From Octopus bimaculoides (taxonomy: Eukaryota): a stretch of DNA of 64,000 bases. The position numbers were made by a program, and so were the translations under genes. Positions 39,397 to 52,898 of the stretch are shown piece after piece; positions within the stretch are counted from its first letter, which is position 1, and each line of letters starts with the position of its first letter. The notes below the pieces were generated by a model that had not been told where the DNA came from, did no database searches, and was given only the letters and a program-made list of their open reading frames with translations. The stretch is taken from the NCBI RefSeq assembly GCF_001194135.2, contig NC_068984.1, positions 87,146,063 to 87,210,062 of the forward strand. The letters are read 5' to 3'.

Positions 39397-40630
39397 CATA
39401 GTATGAGTACAGTAATGAACACTGCCTCCGCATCGTTCAGTTATAAAAACATTCCTCTTCAGATGTATAGATATTTATAAAATCCTCTGCAATTTTATAT
39501 AATTTTAAAATAATTTACGCACAAATATCAAAACATTTAAAGTTCACTATTGACTCTTTCAACTGGAATCAACAAAAAGATGGTGTATTTTGGCTTGACT
39601 TGTCTATACAAGACACATTTGAAATTTTAGGATGCTATTATCTAAACCTATTGTAGTGAATCGAGGACAAATCTGACAAGTCGTGTTAAATTGGATGTCT
39701 ATTGCTTTATGGAACCAAAGTACGTGACACGAAATGTTAGGTACGTCGGTACGGTAACTCTCATAAAAGGTTAAACACTCAGGTTAATATGACCCTCTGG
39801 CCCTTGATACCTTTAACTGAGCTTATTCTATAGCGAGCATTCCGACCAGATCTCGACACTGAAGATAGCTTCCCTCCTTCATTGCCGTCGTGGAAGCCCT
39901 GAAAAATATTATTTGCTAAACCATTTATAATAAATAAATAAATAAAATAAAAGGAAAGAGTCATATTAACTGATCCCAATTCTTCTCAGATTATATTATA
40001 AGGAATTTAAACGAAAATGACAGTCTATCAAGTAAATGTGGATTACAGTGCTGGTTTATACTGCATCACAGTATCTACTTTTTGATGGTCTAGGCCGACT
40101 TAGACAACACTCGTCTCCCTTGTCTCGTTCCCCTATACTTGTTCGCACTCCCAAGCTTAAATGTGCATATCTCATTCGTTTCCTGTCCATGATTTTATTT
40201 GCACAAAAATCACCTTTTTCTCTTTGCTTTTCCGTTTCAACAACCAATTTTAAACTGACTGAATTCTTAGAATTTTTGTACCTCTACAGAAGTGCATCTT
40301 TCGAACTGTTCAAGTAGCATCAAACTGCCTTAACAATGCCTTTAAGCAGCATGGGGAGGAAGGGACGAGCGCACCTTTTCCATTCTACAAATGATTAAGG
40401 TCTGTCTGTGGACTTTCAGGATGGACAACTAACAACATTTTATGACAATTGTATTTTGTTACTGTAACAAAAGTCGTCATCTTTCATATCTCATTCTTTT
40501 TGCTTATTCTCATATTGCAAATACATTGTGATTCGGCTTTAAATATGATTTATTATACTAAAAAGTCCCATGTTATTACCTATGTAAAAATCTTTACAAA
40601 TCCCATCATCACATGCTTTGCGAACATTAA

Positions 40631-40934
40631 CCCATTACCTCCCATAATTCTAGTAACTGGAATTTTTTTTATGAAACTTTGATTTCTAGCATAAAACAGC
40701 CTTAGAAACACGCTGGAATGATCAAAATAACATTTCAATTAAACATTTCAAAATAACATTTTAAATCGAAATAAGCGAGATATTGTGTTAAAAATTAGCA
40801 AACCACATTTGAATATCAGAGAAATATACCTAGTAGATATAGCAAAAAGGTTAGATATGTGTAAATATTGACAGATAATTACGAAATTAGTAATTTTTAA
40901 GTGATCTCATATGACATCACTGGTAGGTAATGGG
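40631..40934. mobile_element. 304-bp piggyBac-type MITE
   Basis: TTAA at 40627-40630 and 40935-40938; TIR CCCATTACCTCCC / GGTAGGTAATGGG (12/13). Confidence 0.8.
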
Positions 40935-41469
40935 TTAAGATTTATTTAAATTAAATAAGCTTATTATGCGAAAACATTTAGTGTCCATATCTAATTCTAT
41001 TCCATCCATTGTATGCCATATTTTCTTTTTAGTTTTGTGCCCCTATATTAAATTTTTATATTTGTATGGAAATTACTGAAGTCGGCGAGGACTTATATAA
41101 CGAAATTATTTTGGACCTTAGCACCTTACCTATCATGTTTTCTGATCACTGATAATACAATGTCCTACTCATTTCAATCTCGACAAAATTTTTTTTAAAG
41201 AATATGTTTAAAATGTAAGTATTGTATCTGGCTTAAATATTTTATTTCTAAGAAATACGACCGCTCTATACACTAAGCGCTCCCCGTAGCACCCCTTTGT
41301 GCGGTCGTTCACAAAGGGACGCTACCTCTTGAATTAAGAACCACTGATTTAGACCATTTAATCCATAGGCCAAACACTATTGACTTAAAGGAGTATCTAA
41401 TACCAGCACTTTCCTTCAAACCGAAAACTAACGGGTTAAATGTGCTACAAAAACAAATCTTATATAATA

Positions 41470-41878
41470 GGCGCAAGTGTGGTTGTGTGGTAAGAAGCTT
41501 GCTTCCAAACAATATAGCTCCGGGTTCAATCCCACTACCTGGCACCTCTGGCAAGTGTTTTCTGCCATAGTCTCAGGCTGACCAAAACTTTGAGCGAATT
41601 TGGTTGACAGAAACTAAAAGAAGCCCGTCATATATATATATATATATATATATATGCGTATGTGTCTTTGTGTCTGTCCCCCACCACCGCTTGACCACCG
41701 ATGTTAGTGTGTTTACGTCCCTTCAACTTAGAAGTTCGACAAGAGAGAACGATACTGTAAAGTACCAGGTTTAAAATGTTTTTTAATTTATACTAGAGCC
41801 AATTCATTCGACTAAAAATTATTTAAGGCGATGCCACAGCATGGCTGCAGTCTAATGACTGAAACAAGTAAAAGAAAA
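41470..41878 (+). mobile_element. Full-length CORE-type SINE
   Basis: Head GGCGCAAGTGTGGTTGTGTGGTAAG, B-box GGGTTCAATCC, internal (TA)n, tail GACTGAAACAAGTAAAAGA. Confidence 0.88.
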
Positions 41879-42774
41879 AGTACTTGAAACTTGTTATATA
41901 GTAGAAAATAATACCAAACTGGATTGACACTAAGGAATTACGTGAACCAGAAGGAAACATTATCTATTATATCTATTATCTATTATATCTATTATCTATT
42001 ATATCTAAGCAATACAGAGTTAGTATAGGCACAAATTATTAAAAAGAAAATATTAGGCGCGTTAAATTATTGCTGTTATTGTTATTTAACTTTCTCAGCC
42101 TTGATCGAGTAAATTTATGACCAAATGTGTTTTAATCGTTACTATCCTGCCTTTATGCTGATGTCGGTAATTTTGTAGTCATAGAAGAGGATTATCCAAT
42201 ATGTGTCTCTCCTTAATGTAAAACAATTGGCAGGATGCGATTTGAGAAAGATTTAAATGCTATTTCTAGTACATAGCCGTACTATGTAGAAGCTTTCTCA
42301 TTAGGTCGGGAAAATAAATTTCCTGCAATGATGTCACATGATAAATACTAGCAGAGATATCTGACGTTGATCAGGATTATACAGGAGAGTGAAGCATTGA
42401 CGACAAAACCTTTGTGGAGTAAATGATGAGCTAATTCGACTAAGTGACATGTCATGCGTCCGGTTGGAGGAATTCAGGCCCTAACCTGTCATGGAAAATT
42501 AGTGTTGGAGGGTAAGTGAATTTTGAACGCACCGAAAAGCTGTCAGTGAATATATTCTCCTTTGCGGCGGTCGGCGCTGCATCTAACACGACCCATCGTA
42601 TGGTTGACAATCGAATGAATGTAGGTGTAATGGAGATATTGTACGTAAATGGGTACATTCCGCAAATGGGCTACAATGGGAGACGGCAACGGGGAAGTGA
42701 ACTGTTGAAATGTTGCAAAAGGCGAAGGGTTGACATTAGATTGCTGGTGTGGCTGTAGAATAAGAAACAGAAAC

Positions 42775-44370
<1,596 letters not shown>

Positions 44371-44742
44371 TTAGAAACTTCGCGTTGAAGTACGTTACGC
44401 CATAATTGTTTTGAAACATTATATAACAACACTGTTGCAAAGTCAACCTGCTGTAAAAGAATTTTGTATTCTGTTCACCTTCGATGATAAATAGGTAACA
44501 AATTCCTAAATACTGTTGTTATAGAAACATCGGTGTAACCTGATATTATGAACCAATGCTTCACATAAAGCATTGCTAAAATATGCCTCCAGAAAAAAAA
44601 AAACTGCAAGAATAAAGTAAATGGACTGATTGAAAGGTAATCAGATGTTTTTGATCTGAACGTTTGATGAACGTAACGATTTTAAAACTACTTTTTTTGC
44701 TTTCTAAGCAGGAGGTTGATTTCACTGCTATTTGAATGTATG

Positions 44743-44937
44743 TCATTATTCAGTTTATTTCAAAATTTCTTGCCAATAGAGAAAGAAACGGTTTCTAGCC
44801 TAGATCCAAGGCTCCTTCAGTGGAATTTCAACATCAATAACGGAGTATTTTTGTTTGTATGTATGTACGTATGCGTGTATGTATGTACGTATGCGTGTAT
44901 GTATGTACGTAGTACTACGTACGTACGTGCGTATGTG

Positions 44938-44969
<32 letters not shown>

Positions 44970-45112
44970 TGTATGTATGTATGTATGTGCAGATTTGTAA
45001 GTTTTATGTATGTATTCTCATGCATATAGTTGCATGTCTAGACGTGCTCATATATATTTAAATGACAAACCTCTGGAAAGTTTTACAGATTTTTACAGTT
45101 CCAGTGATGGAT
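44743..45112 (-). mobile_element. 3'UTR-only copy of the R4-type LINE with internal (CATA)n
   Basis: Collinear with 51864-52240 on both sides of the microsatellite; includes the last codons ITGTVKICKTF. Confidence 0.88.
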
Positions 45113-45269
45113 TGTATGTATGTATGTATGTATGTATGTATGTATGTATGTGTTGTAGGGAATTAGTAATAATGGTACACTCCTCCCACGTGACTAATGG
45201 AATAACCTAGTCACTATAAGTAAAGAGAAGTACGTGAAGTACGGGAGTACGTGGTAAGCGGTGTGGTGT

Positions 45270-46658
45270 ATTCACTTTCGTGTTACGGTCTGTTATAAGT
45301 TTATTATCTGGAGTTTATTGTTGAATTGCCGTTGATTTTGTTGCAGGTTTTCCCTTTTGAGATTACTTTTGTTTTAAAAATTGTTTAAAAACTGTTAGTG
45401 TCTTGCGACTCATTGTTAGCTTTTACAAGCTTGTTTCCTGTTGGTTTCCCCGTTTGGGGGTGAAGCGTTTACATTTTGTGTAGGGGGTCCTATACAAAAT
45501 GGATGACGATACATTTTACGAGCTCTGCGAGAGCGAGAATGAGAAGGACTACACAAGTGATTCTGGAGACAGTACGGATGATTATGTGGCCGCAGCACAA
45601 AGGATAAAATGTTACAACATCAAGCCTGAGGCAGTCAAGAAGTTCCAGTCATTTCTTCATTGGGAAGGAGACAACGTGAGGCTAAATCTCTCCAGGAAGG
45701 TGATGGAAGGAATTAAGACAAGAACAATTGTTTATAGGACGCTATCTTTGAAGACCAGAAAAATAGAGGAAATCGAAAAGGCATTAAGGCCTATTATGTA
45801 TAAACTGGCGTATGTTAAGCGCGGAAGAAAGTTTGGAATGGTAGAGGTGCAGTTTGTGGCTGAGAGCGATGCCAAGATGGATTTGGCGACCACCCTGCAG
45901 ATAAGCGGATTAGCTCTTTTATCATCATATCTCGGTAAAAGAACAACGAAAATAATGATAAACGGGTTCGACCCGGAAATGAAGCCAATGCGGCGCTTGG
46001 CGGCGGCCTTCGCCAATATGAAAGAGGAGGTGACACTTTTGGAGTTGGAAGGAAAAAGTATCCAGAACTGGTGTGGCAGGGGCGTAAGAGCAACAATCCA
46101 GGCCACACCAACAGATATTGACAGCATACCGGCGTTCGTCATCCTTCCGGGTGGTACAAGAGTGGAAGTCGTTGTTCAGGGCAGAGTACCAAAGAGGAGA
46201 CGGTGGAAGGAAAGACAGTCACGTAGAAAGAAGTAGCAACCGTTGACAACTTCTGCAAAGGTAAGTGACAGTAAATGGCAGGTGGCTGGGAGGAAGAGAA
46301 AATAAAAAATTACTCGTTCCCTCCTCTCAAACCAAAAAAGTCAAAAATTACAAGACTTTACAAACAAGAACACACATGAACATTTAATAGAAACAAACGA
46401 AAAGAATCAAAAATAAAAGAAAAACACAAAAAGCTGAGATGACTTCACCAAGCAAAGTGAAAAAGAAAAACTTTGATAATTTATGTTAGTTTTTTTTTTA
46501 AATGTTCAATGTTGCCTGGGTTGTAGGGTGACCATCATTTTATCTTTTCATTTATTAATCCATACACCTGCTCATTCGACTTTTTCCCTTTTTTGGCTCT
46601 ACATGTAATGGTCCTGTATCGTCCTCTCTTTGTTCGACCCTGTGTGGTCAGAGATAGT
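45270..46658 (+). mobile_element. ORF1-only (half-L1/HAL1-like) non-autonomous L1/Tx1-clade retroelement
   Basis: 5'UTR, 245-codon ORF1-like ORF, no APE/RT sequence, then a 3' tail similar to the Tx1 LINE tail at 59281-59320. Confidence 0.65.
45499..46236 (+). CDS. L1/Tx1-type ORF1p-like nucleic-acid-binding protein (RRM-like), Zn knuckle apparently decayed
   Basis: Uninterrupted 245 aa; YVKRGRKFGMVEVQF..YLGKRTTKIMI..IPAFVIL..VEVVVQGRVPK resembles ORF1 RRM regions ending in GRxPxC; family assignment from recollection. Confidence 0.6.
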   Translation: MDDDTFYELCESENEKDYTSDSGDSTDDYVAAAQRIKCYNIKPEAVKKFQSFLHWEGDNVRLNLSRKVMEGIKTRTIVYRTLSLKTRKIEEIEKALRPIMYKLAYVKRGRKFGMVEVQFVAESDAKMDLATTLQISGLALLSSYLGKRTTKIMINGFDPEMKPMRRLAAAFANMKEEVTLLELEGKSIQNWCGRGVRATIQATPTDIDSIPAFVILPGGTRVEVVVQGRVPKRRRWKERQSRRKK

Positions 46659-47054
46659 CAGGCTTTTACTGGTTATACCGAAGTGGGCGTTATAACAATC
46701 CGACATATTAAGGATATAACGGTGGCGATGAAGATTTTAACAACTCATGAGGAATTAACAACTCATGAGGAGGTAACAAACACACAAAAGTTTTTGTTGT
46801 GCGAATTTTACGAAAAATAAATCGGAAAATTATGGAAAATTTATTGGCCGGTTTGTTCGAGTTGCAAAAACAGAAACAACAGCAACAGAAAGAACAACAA
46901 TAGCAGCAGCTACAACTGCAAGAACAACAGCTGAAGCAACAACACCACCACCACCAACAACAACTAAATTTAGTCCTAAATTTTTTTTTAATCTAAAAAA
47001 AAATTTTCCTATGCCTTTCTAATTGTGCTTTAGTACTTCTGTCCAGAAAAAATA

Positions 47055-48116
47055 AGGTGTTATCCCTATATAGACCCCCTATTACTTCTGGAAAAGAAGA
47101 CTGGATTAATGAAAGGATACATATTCCGATTCGGTCTGTGACCTGTGCAGAGTCAGATGACCCTATTGCTATATCAAAAGCATTCTCCCTGTCTAATCTA
47201 CTTCATAATCTATCATCAAAATCTGCTAAAGTGGATCACGCGGCAAGTATTATATCTATTTAGCGTCGGGACAAATGGGAATATCTCATACTATAAATCA
47301 GGGATTTATTAAGGATGATCGGGTTAATAGTGGCATAATAGCTCTCTATATTTAGTTGCAAGAATTTACTATTCTCACTAATTTCTAGAAGCTTAAACTA
47401 TCCGACCACCTTTGGGGTATCTGAAAAGAGGGCTAATCTAATTTAGACTTAAGGGCAGGTATTACCCTATCAATGATTTTCTTCTAATAATGCCCATATC
47501 GGATTTAGAAGGACAAATCAATCTGAGGGGGTCAATAAGAAAGTTAGGTTTATTTATGGTCCTTAAGCATAATCTGGGGGTTTCTAGGGACGTATGACTC
47601 GGTTCTATTATCTATAGCTACATTTTTAACGACTTGTAACCCTGTATTGTTAATTCTTTTTAATGTGTCATTACTAGCGTGTCTATATTTGCTGTGTAAT
47701 TCCTTCCTAATCATAGCCTTATATGGCTCAGTATCAACAATGTTGATGTTACTTGTTTTGCCCGCTGGTACAAGTATCCCAGGAGTTTTCTTGAAGTCGA
47801 CAAGTAATTTTCTGATTTTCTGCTGATGTATATTGCACCTTCTAGGGTATTTCCTGAAGTTCACGTTCTTAAACATACTATATAATTCCTCTTCAAATCT
47901 GGTTAGATGTTGGTTAGTCGGTGGGTTTCTCCTAAATTTGAATACTGTTCTTAGCAGCTCGCCATCTTCAGGTTTGTCATTTGATTTAACCTCTCTGTCA
48001 AAGAAGAAAGCTTTCCACCGCATTCTGTATACAAATTGGTTGGTTTTCTCCAAAAGATCACGTATATAATCCTTCCTGCTGGCTATAGGTATATCTTTTA
48101 GCGAAACATCCAGTGT
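47055..48116 (-). mobile_element. Penelope-like element N-terminal/RT fragment, decayed
   Basis: SLKDIPI..FVYRMRWKAFFF..KTSNI..LKDHK..RLICPSKSDMG..FDIAIGSSDSAQV..GLYRDN (YRDD catalytic motif mutated). Confidence 0.9.
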
Positions 48117-49339
48117 TTTATATATATATATATATATATATACAAAGCTATAATGTAGAAAGATCATACATGCCATACTGCTGAACATTGCACCACAAAG
48201 AATAATAAAACAGAATATATAATTCTAGTAAAACATCTCTCAGTACGGACAAAGCAAACTTTATATAAGATGTTATTGTTGTTTGTTAGTGGAGGCGGGT
48301 GACTCTGGTTAGGGAGCATTTTGCCGGAGTTTTGCGTAAAAATTTCAGTAAGTAAAGAATATTTGTTGGTAGAGCAATAAAAGAGATTCTAAACACAAGA
48401 TTGAAACTAAGGACATAAATTACAATTCTCTCTTTTATATTTTTAATGCTGTTATAAGCTAATTCCTTCTAAATAAAGGTTTCACTCTTTTTATACCAAG
48501 TACCAGAGACCACCTCTGGTACTATGATTAAAGAAATCCCACCAGTTTTAAAGTGTAGTTATTCAATTTAAACCTTCAAACATAGTTTGTGTAAGAAACT
48601 TCCATTATGTTACAAACCAGCTTAATTCGGAATGAACACATAAATTGGTTATTTAGCTAATTGCAACTGAATTCTTGATTATTTCAAAATTAATAGAAAT
48701 ACATAGGAAGTATGACTACGAAAAGTTTAAAACATAATTTGAGGGAGACTTGACTGCTGTTTCTAGTTGGTTGAATGATCACGTAAAAGCTCTTTTATTG
48801 CTTCAGGAAGGAACAATTATGCACTAGGTGAACAAAAAAAGGAAATGCTTTCAAAATTGCAGAGATTAATAAGTAATACAGGGGAATGCAACATTTAAAT
48901 AACCTGAATATAGGTGTTATTTCATAAGACAAATATGAAATGATTATGTAGCGATCCAAGAAAGTCAGAAAATACTGACTCGATTAAAAAATGCTACTAC
49001 GTGAATGTGTAATCGGCGGATATGTCCCTCCATGCTATCAGGAGGTCTGAGTAACTAGAACTTCCATGTCGTAAATCAGTAAAATCAAGATATTATGTGG
49101 TTAAATGAGTTATTCAGGAAATTCGGTACAATTGTCCTCCTACGACTTACATTATTATAAATTATTATTATAATTTTTTTGGAGTGGAAATAGAAATTAG
49201 GAAAGTAAGAAAGTTTTGGCAGTCGGATATTGACAAGAGGAATTAAAATTTTTCAGGAAATTCCACATTGACATGTTCCAAAGAACTATGAATGTTGACC
49301 TTGACATATAAAATACACCATGTAATTCAACAGTACGAA

Positions 49340-49397
<58 letters not shown>

Positions 49398-49835
49398 AAC
49401 GGTTCACAAACATCAAGTGAAGAAAATGAAATTTTACATTGTTTTCATACATTAATAATCAAAATAGACTTTTACTTTGTTAATCTAATTCATGTGAAAT
49501 AAAATAAAAAAGAAAAAGAAAAAAGAACCATACATTCATTGAAAATGTATTGAAACCGTAACATACTGGAGAGTGGTGATGGAGGAATTTGATTATTTAA
49601 AAGATAATAACTTTGAATATAGTTACAAACTGTAGGATAATTATGATTGAATTAGCTACCATCTCCAATGTGAAATTATGTTAGCCATTTAAAACATTAA
49701 TTAGAGACAGGAAAAAAGAAGGAATAGGCATACTCACATAACTCGAGTCATATATCTACCACGTGGCGAACTACTATACTACCAATCGCAGTACAGAGGA
49801 CGTGTTAGACCAAGCTCTGTCTAAAACTGGGCTCT

Positions 49836-50020
49836 TAGCCTTTAGGTTATTCTGTCAAATGTAATGCTTATTTACCCACGTTGTTTTGAATTGACCATGC
49901 ATTATCTTATAGGTTCAAGATTTCATTTATGTGTTTGTTTTATTCTTAGAAAGATATTGTAGGGTAAGTATGAGCGGCCAAATCTAGTCAGTTTAGCACC
50001 AAACGGAAAATATTATGGTT
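49836..50020. mobile_element. Possible degenerate TTAA-type MITE
   Basis: Begins TTAGCCTTTAGG and ends TATGGTTAA; resembles an abundant octopus repeat from recollection only. Confidence 0.35.
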
Positions 50021-50120
50021 AAATCTGTTTTTGAAGTTTTTTTGTTTGGCCATTCGTTTTTATCTCTACAAGATAGTATCTAACATCATCGTAGAACGAT
50101 CCCTTTAAACCAGTCCATCG

Positions 50121-50272
50121 CACCGTTACTCATTTTTGCCAGCTGAGTGGACTTGAGCAACGTGAAATGAAGTGTTTTGCTCAAGAACACAACGCGTCGT
50201 CCGGTCCAGGTATCGAAACCACAATCTTACGATCATGATGCCGACACCCTAACCACCAAGCCACGCGCCTCC
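50121..50272 (-). mobile_element. tRNA-derived SINE (same family as 26530-26788), 3'-truncated
   Basis: TTTTTGCCAGCTGAGTGGAC..GTGTTTTGCTCAAGAACACAA..CCCTAACCAC shared. Confidence 0.88.
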
Positions 50273-50311
50273 TCAGAACGATCCCTTAAGGCAGCATTTT
50301 ATGACGCCGAT

Positions 50312-50700
50312 CGTAGCTGTGTGGTAAGAAGCCTGCTTCCCAACCACATGGTTCCGGTTTCAGTCCCGCTGCGTGGCACCTTGGGCAAGTGTCTTCTACT
50401 ATAGCCTCGGGCCGTCCTAAGCCTTGTGAGTGGATTTGGTTAACGGAAACTGAAAGAAGCCCGTCATATGTGTGTGTGTGTCTTTGTGCCTGTATTTGTC
50501 CACCCCTAAACCGTTTGATAACCGTTGTTGTTGCGTCCCTGTAATTTAGCGGTTTGGCAAAAAAGACCAATAGCATAAGTGCTAGGCTTAACTAAGAAAT
50601 AAGTACTGGGATCGATTCTTTCGTCTAAAACTTCTTCAAGGCGGTGCCCTAGCATGGCCGCAGTCTGATGAGCGAAACAAGTAAAAGATAAAAGATAAAA
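50312..50700 (+). mobile_element. Full-length CORE-type tRNA SINE
   Basis: A-box-like TGTGTGGTAAG, B-box-like GGTTTCAGTCC, GGCACCTTGGGCAAGTGTCTTCTACTATAGCC core, AAAGAT tail. Confidence 0.9.
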
Positions 50701-51184
50701 TATAGTAATCAGCAAATATGGCTGTACAGACTGTTTATGCATGACACTTATCTTTCAAAAGGCACACATTTGCAATCTAATTAGTTAATTAAAGAAACAA
50801 TGATGTCAATTAAATCAACAATCTGTTGCTACACATCTGTTGCATTATGTTACTTACAAATACCAACCAGATACTAAATCAACCTCTGAACCAACAGACT
50901 TATCAAATGCATTTCAGTTATGACTATCCTATATGTAGGACTATACTGACCAATGCGTCCTTCGTACTTTAAAAAAAAAAAAAATTTTATAGACAACAAT
51001 GTGTGGCTTCTACAGGCAACGTGTCAGTCTAATTAATTAACATCAGATGCTGGTCCTTGGTGAGTTTAATAGTTTAAAGCAATAACCCTAAACAGTAAAA
51101 TCCACAAACTGTATAACTAAAATAATTGAAAGCAAGATTGAAATTGTTTGAAACCACAAAACTCCAATCTTCTCAAGAACTCAC

Positions 51185-51284
51185 CTTGCGCATGTATTTC
51201 CTGAAACCGTCGATTCTTAATTGTTCGAATGTTATCTACGTCGATTTCCCTGGCTTCAAACGACCTGCGAAGTCCACGCGGCAT
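51185..51284 (-). CDS. Probable first coding exon (100 nt) of the ankyrin-repeat-like gene: MPRGLRRSFEAREIDVDNIRTIKNRRFQEIHAQ
   Basis: ATG at 51284 with an in-frame TAA 3 codons upstream, open to a perfect donor AAG|GTGAGT at 51184; unique CpG-rich non-repeat context; phase 1 matches exon 22909-23000. Confidence 0.6.
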
Positions 51285-51289
51285 CCATC

Positions 51290-51480
51290 TTTATTCAGAT
51301 CTATCAGCGCAGTTAAAATTCGCGCCAGCGTAAATTAAGTTTCTCCTTACACACGATAAACGACAAAATATGCATCAAAATACCCCACCCCCACTAATTC
51401 GGTCCGAAGTGAACCACTTCTCGGCCCCTTTTGTTTACGTTTCTGTTCAAGCCAAAAAAAAAAAAAAAAAAGGACAAGCC
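51290..51480 (-). promoter_or_regulatory. Putative 5'UTR/promoter of the minus-strand gene
   Basis: Local CpG retention in non-repeat DNA, GGGGGTGGGG GC/GT box near 51390, GTAAACA forkhead-like motif near 51435; TSS not determinable. Confidence 0.4.
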
Positions 51481-51863
51481 GAAGTAACTATAAACAATAA
51501 TAAGCAACCATACGTAACAAACCATACCTAAAGTAAACGAGTAAGAGAATGTATTTTAATAATGGGAAACTTAAAACTTATATAGGTAGCATTTGCATTT
51601 ATGAAGATTTGTACAAATATTCATCGCCAAACTTCGTACCAAATGCACTCACATTAAGATATGGGAAATGTTAAACATGGGCGATCAGTCCTCATCCGAT
51701 TTTTAGATTTTAAATTATAAAGCATGGTCTGTTAATCAAACAATGGTTCATGCTGTATAAATGTGCGCGCGCGTGAGTGTGTAAAACACGGATGTTCCTT
51801 TGAATAGGTAACCTTTGGAGTTTGTATGCATCTATGCATATATGTATGTATGTATGCATATAT

Positions 51864-52898
51864 ATCATTATTCAGTTTTATTTCAAGATTTCTTGCCAAT
51901 AGAGAAAGGGCTGGTTTCTAGCCCAGATCCAAGGCTCCTTCATTCGAATTTCGACATCAACAACAATGTATGTATGTATGTATGTATGTTGTATGTATGT
52001 ATGTATGTATGTATGTGTGTGTGTGTGTGTATGTGTGTATGTATGTAGGTGTGTGTGTATGTATGTATGTATGTATGTATGTATGTATGTATGTGTGCAT
52101 GAATGTATTCGGGCAGATTTGTATGTTTTGCTTTATGTCTTTCTTCTCATGTATATACTTGCATATCTAGACATGCTCATATATACTTACATGATAAAGT
52201 ACAGAAAAGTTTTACAAATTTTTACAGTTCCAGTGATGGCTTGGATCTGCAGTCTTCGAATCAGCTTTCTCCTTTCTGATTCTGAGAAACCTTAATTTCT
52301 CAAGATTGGTACTTAGGCAGTGTGTTACATATTCCAGTGCTCCAATAATTACAGTTATAAACCTGGACTTGTAATCTGGATAGAGTAACTGCAAATTTCT
52401 CCATAGTTCAGTGTAGGTATTCCCTTTTTCACTGATTTTCAGCTTCATGTTAACATCCGCTGGACAGTTGATTTCCACAACTGTACGCAATTTCTGTTCT
52501 CTGTCCCAAATCATTATATCAGGTCTATTGTGTTTACATTTTATTGAAATTTTCACTGGGACATTCCACCAGTACTCCTTTTTATTATGAGTGGCTATGG
52601 CTTCCACCGTACTGTAGCTTCTTATTTGTTGGTCCTCGGGGTTATCCTTTCGACGGATCTCGTTATACAATGTCCTAGCTATAATATCATATCTCATCAG
52701 TAGATGATAACATAATGACATTTTCGGACAACTGCTTATGATGTGGGTGATATCTTCGGTTTTAACTTCACAAAATCTGCATCTTACTGTTTTTCCTGCG
52801 TCTCTGTCCCTTTTGTGCATCAGGTATTTGGTTGATATTTCCTGTTCCTGGATTGCAAACGCACGCCCTTCAAATTGGGAGGTAGTATTGCTTAGCAA
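51864..52898 (-). mobile_element. R4/Dong-type RLE LINE, 5'-truncated: CCHC knuckle + RLE domain + (CATA)n-containing 3'UTR
   Basis: ORF 52212-52898: CRFCEVKTEDITHIISSCP..RYD; NRPDIMIWD..VEINCPAD (PD..D/E RLE motif). Confidence 0.92.

Noticed and set aside
50312-50390. tRNA-like A/B-box sequences (also 1032, 26720-26788, 41470, 58555)
   Set aside because: They are SINE heads continuing into SINE bodies, not tRNA genes
50663-50678. CTGATGAGCGAAAC, a perfect-looking hammerhead core
   Set aside because: No room for stem II, and the homologous SINE tail at ~41850 reads CTAATGACTGAAAC, so it is a chance variant
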